From Dehalococcoidia bacterium (GTDB lineage Bacteria; Chloroflexota; Dehalococcoidia; UBA2979), in the NCBI GenBank assembly GCA_965219085.1, contig OZ244720.1:2976001-3040000 (forward strand): a DNA stretch of 64,000 nt. Direction: 5' to 3'. Position 1 is the first letter of the stretch. The number at the start of each line of letters is the position of its first letter. The notes beneath the pieces were generated by a model, which worked only from the letters and a program-made list of their open reading frames with translations, was not told the DNA's origin and made no database searches. Below are positions 59,443-64,000 of this stretch, piece after piece. The position numbers and the translations under genes were made by a program.

Positions 59443-60249
59443 TCAGCTCGCCGCGAAGTTCGGGGTGCGGCGCTCGGCCATGGCGCGGACGCCCTCGCCG
59501 AAGTCGTTCGTCTGGCGCAGGCAGTCCTGTTCGATCCTGCTCGTGGTCGGTGGCGAGGCGAAACTGCTCGGCGAGGCCGCGCCGCATGGTGCGGCGGATG
59601 GAGCGCACGGCGAGCGGTGCGGACATGGCGATCTCCTCGGCCATCTCGCAGGCCTTGTCGCGTAGCTCCTCGAGCAGGACGAGGGCGTCGCAGAGGCCGA
59701 TCTCGAGCGCCTCCTCCGCGCGTACGCGGCGGCCGGTGTAGAGGAGGTCGAGCGCGTGCTGCTGCCCGGCGAGGTTCGGCAGCGTGACGGTGAGGCCGAA
59801 GCCGTGGTGGAAGCCCAGGCGCGCGAAGTTGGCGGCGAACCGCGCTTCGGGCGCGGCCACGCGGAAGTCCGCGGTCAGGGCGAACCCGAGGCCGCCCCCG
59901 ATCGCCGCGCCCTGGATCGCGGCAACGACGGGCGTCTCCGCCTCCATGAGCCGCGCGCCCTCGACGTACAGGTGCTCGCTGCGGGTGCGACGCCGAGGCG
60001 GCTCGTCGGCCGCTTCATCCTCGCTCGGGGGCGGGCGCCGAGCGCCGCGCCGGCGCAGAACGAGCGGCCCTCCGCGGCGAGGATGATCGCCCGCACGTCG
60101 GGCTCTGCGTCGAGCGCGTGGTAAGCGTCGCCGAGGGCGCGCACCAGCGCGGTGTCGAAGAAGTTGTGCGGTGGGCGGTGCATCTCGACGGTGGCGATGT
60201 GGCCGTCAATCTCGACCGATACCTCGTGCGAAGGGTTGGCAACGGGCAT
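59443..60249 (-). CDS. Enoyl-CoA hydratase/isomerase with two frameshifts
   Basis: RPPHNF, FCAGA, AIGGG, DFGEGVRAMAERRTPNF spread over three frames (shifts near 60030 and 59535). Confidence 0.82.
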
Positions 60250-60353
60250 GGGCCCCCCTCGCGCCCCCACGGTATCGAGGCGCTCCCGAGGCGTCGACCG
60301 TGAGCCGCCGCAGCGAGCGCGCGAGACCATCCCGCACGGGACAATACCGCACG

Positions 60354-62303
<1,950 letters not shown>

Positions 62304-62425
62304 ACACGCCGGGCCCCCCGGCGCCGATGCCACCGCCAGGCGAGGCGTACGTACCCATGTGCCCGGGGCGCGGGAACAGGATCACAGCGAGCCGAATCGG
62401 AGCGCCGGGTCGGCTCGGGAACACG

Positions 62426-62918
62426 ATGAGCGCAAGCGATAGCGCCGCAGTGGACGCGGGAGAAGAGTTCGTGGTCGAGCGCGCCTTCGACGCCCCTCGC
62501 GAGCTGGTCTGGCGAGCCTGGACGGATCCCGCGCTGATGATGCGCTGGTGGGGACCGCAAGGCATGACCTCGCCCGCCTGCGAGATCGACTTGCGCGTCG
62601 GCGGCCGATACCTCCTCGGCATGCGCTCGCCGGACGGCTACGAGCACTGGATCGCCGGCGTCCTACCACGAGATCGTCCCGCTCAAGCGATTCGTCGCCG
62701 CGGAGTCCATGGCGGACGAGCACGGCAACGTCGACCCGTCGCCGGCCTACGGGATGGGCGAGAAAACACTCACCGTCACGTTCGAAGACGCCGGCGATGG
62801 GAGCACGAAGCTCACGGTGCGGCAGGCTGGATGGCCCGACCTCGGCATGGCCGCCGGTGCCAGCGCCGGCTACAACCAGGCGCTCAACAAGCTGGCAGTC
62901 GCCCTCGCGGACATGTAG
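62426..62918 (+). CDS. SRPBCC/AHSA1 domain protein, frameshift near 62662
   Basis: ERAFDAPRELVWRAWTDP, WWGP, DLRVGG; continues YHEIVP...TKLTVRQ in another frame. Confidence 0.85.
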
Positions 62919-63008
62919 CTGACCTGGCAGTCGCTCCGCCCTCGCAAAGTCGTACTCGACGGGACGAAGCGCGCCCACGCGAGGGGGCGCCGAGCGACGG
63001 CGGAGTAA
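62919..63008 (+). repeat. Diverged copy of the last 30 codons of typA (62214-62303)
   Basis: LTWQSLRPRKVVLDGTKRAHARGRRATAE* versus VTPLSLRPRKVVLDANRRARARGKQLAST*. Confidence 0.88.
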
Positions 63009-63027
63009 CCAGACTGGCCGCGGGCGG

Positions 63028-64000
63028 CTACGCGCCGAGCGCTGCGAGCACGCGCTCCTGCTCCGTGGGGTCGTCGCTGTCGACCTCGACGCGGTGGATC
63101 GTGATACCCGCCTCGGCCTGCTGCGCCAGCCGGTCGCGCGCCTCCGCGGGATCCGACGTGACGAACCAGCACGACTGCTGCGTGTCGCCGGGCACGGCTT
63201 CCGCCGCCGCGGCGCGCCCGCCCTCGCGCCACGCCGCGCGCACCGAGGTCACGAGGTCGCCGTGGCCGAGTCGGGTGAAGTGCTGGGCGTAGAAGTCCCC
63301 CATGCGCGCGATGTAGTAGGCGAGTTGGCCCTTCGCCACACCCCGAGCGCGATCGACCTCGCCGGTCACGACGAGGGTGCCTGGCGAGCGGACGTTGAAC
63401 TCGCGGCCAGCCGTCTCGGTGTCCTCGGGGCGGTGATCGCGGACGAACCGGGTCAGCTCCGGCATCGCTTCGAGGGGCGTCCACAGCGGCAGCCAGCCGT
63501 CGGCGATCTCGGCCGTCTGCCGCAGGCTGCGCGGCAGCAGCGAGGCGATGTAGATCGGCACGTCGGCGCGCGGCGGCTGGAACGCGAGCCGCATGCGGCC
63601 TCCGGCGCTCACCTCGGCGCCCTCGTAGTCGAGGGGCTCGCCAGCGAAGACCGCGCGGATGATGTGCACGTAGTCCGCGGTGCGAGCCACGGGCCTGCGG
63701 AACGGGACGCCGTGCAGGGTTTCGACCACTCCTGCCGCGCTGCTGCCCAGCCCGACGATGGCGCGCCCGCCCGACACCTCGTCGAGCGTGGCGAAGTGCT
63801 GCGCGAGCGCGGCGGGTGTGCGCGAGAACACGTTGACGATGGCCGTGCCGAGCTGGATCTGCTCGGTACGCGCCGCGATCAGCACCAGCGTGGTGAACGC
63901 GTCGCGCGCCCATGCCTCCTCGACCCACACGGAGTGCACGCCGGCGCGATCGGCTGCCTCGACCCGTTCGAGGACCGCCTCGCGTCCCTGGGCGAGGTCC
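63028..64000 (-). CDS. LLM-class flavin/F420-dependent oxidoreductase, 5' end outside window
   Basis: VWVEEAW, LGTAIVNVFSRTP, TLDEVSGGR, AEIADGW. Confidence 0.9.
   Translation of the reverse strand, partial: DLAQGREAVLERVEAADRAGVHSVWVEEAWARDAFTTLVLIAARTEQIQLGTAIVNVFSRTPAALAQHFATLDEVSGGRAIVGLGSSAAGVVETLHGVPFRRPVARTADYVHIIRAVFAGEPLDYEGAEVSAGGRMRLAFQPPRADVPIYIASLLPRSLRQTAEIADGWLPLWTPLEAMPELTRFVRDHRPEDTETAGREFNVRSPGTLVVTGEVDRARGVAKGQLAYYIARMGDFYAQHFTRLGHGDLVTSVRAAWREGGRAAAAEAVPGDTQQSCWFVTSDPAEARDRLAQQAEAGITIHRVEVDSDDPTEQERVLAALGA

Overview
High-GC (roughly 70% by eye) bacterial chromosome segment. The gene content suggests Chloroflexota, possibly Dehalococcoidia-like; this is an inference from the LLM oxidoreductase, CoA-transferase, DapL pathway, archaeal-type ApgM, tandem HisG and AddAB. 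The housekeeping backbone is yceD-rpmF, modABC, RNase P RNA, murE, birA, hisZ-G-D-C-B-N, amtB, guaA-purD-E-B-C-S, tsaC, pgk/apgM/tpiA, miaA, dapF/dapL, addBA and typA. It is interrupted by 1-2 gene islets: several toxin-antitoxin modules, a HEPN-like gene, a DNA methyltransferase with a partner gene inside the his operon, and a Ser/Thr kinase. Signals missed by the ORF track: (1) a self-contained ~150-nt transcription unit at 14.94-15.13 kb with an 11-nt anti-SD complement, a 23-aa sORF, a rod-like hairpin and a terminator; (2) a leaderless His-rich leader peptide with a full attenuator upstream of hisZ; (3) a synonymously diverged duplicate of the typA 3' end flanking an inserted SRPBCC gene; (4) micro-ORFs bridging the stop and start codons of neighbouring genes; (5) a probable CTG start for miaA. 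Several single-base frameshifts look like assembly indels. Family assignments come from recognised motifs only; no database search was run.
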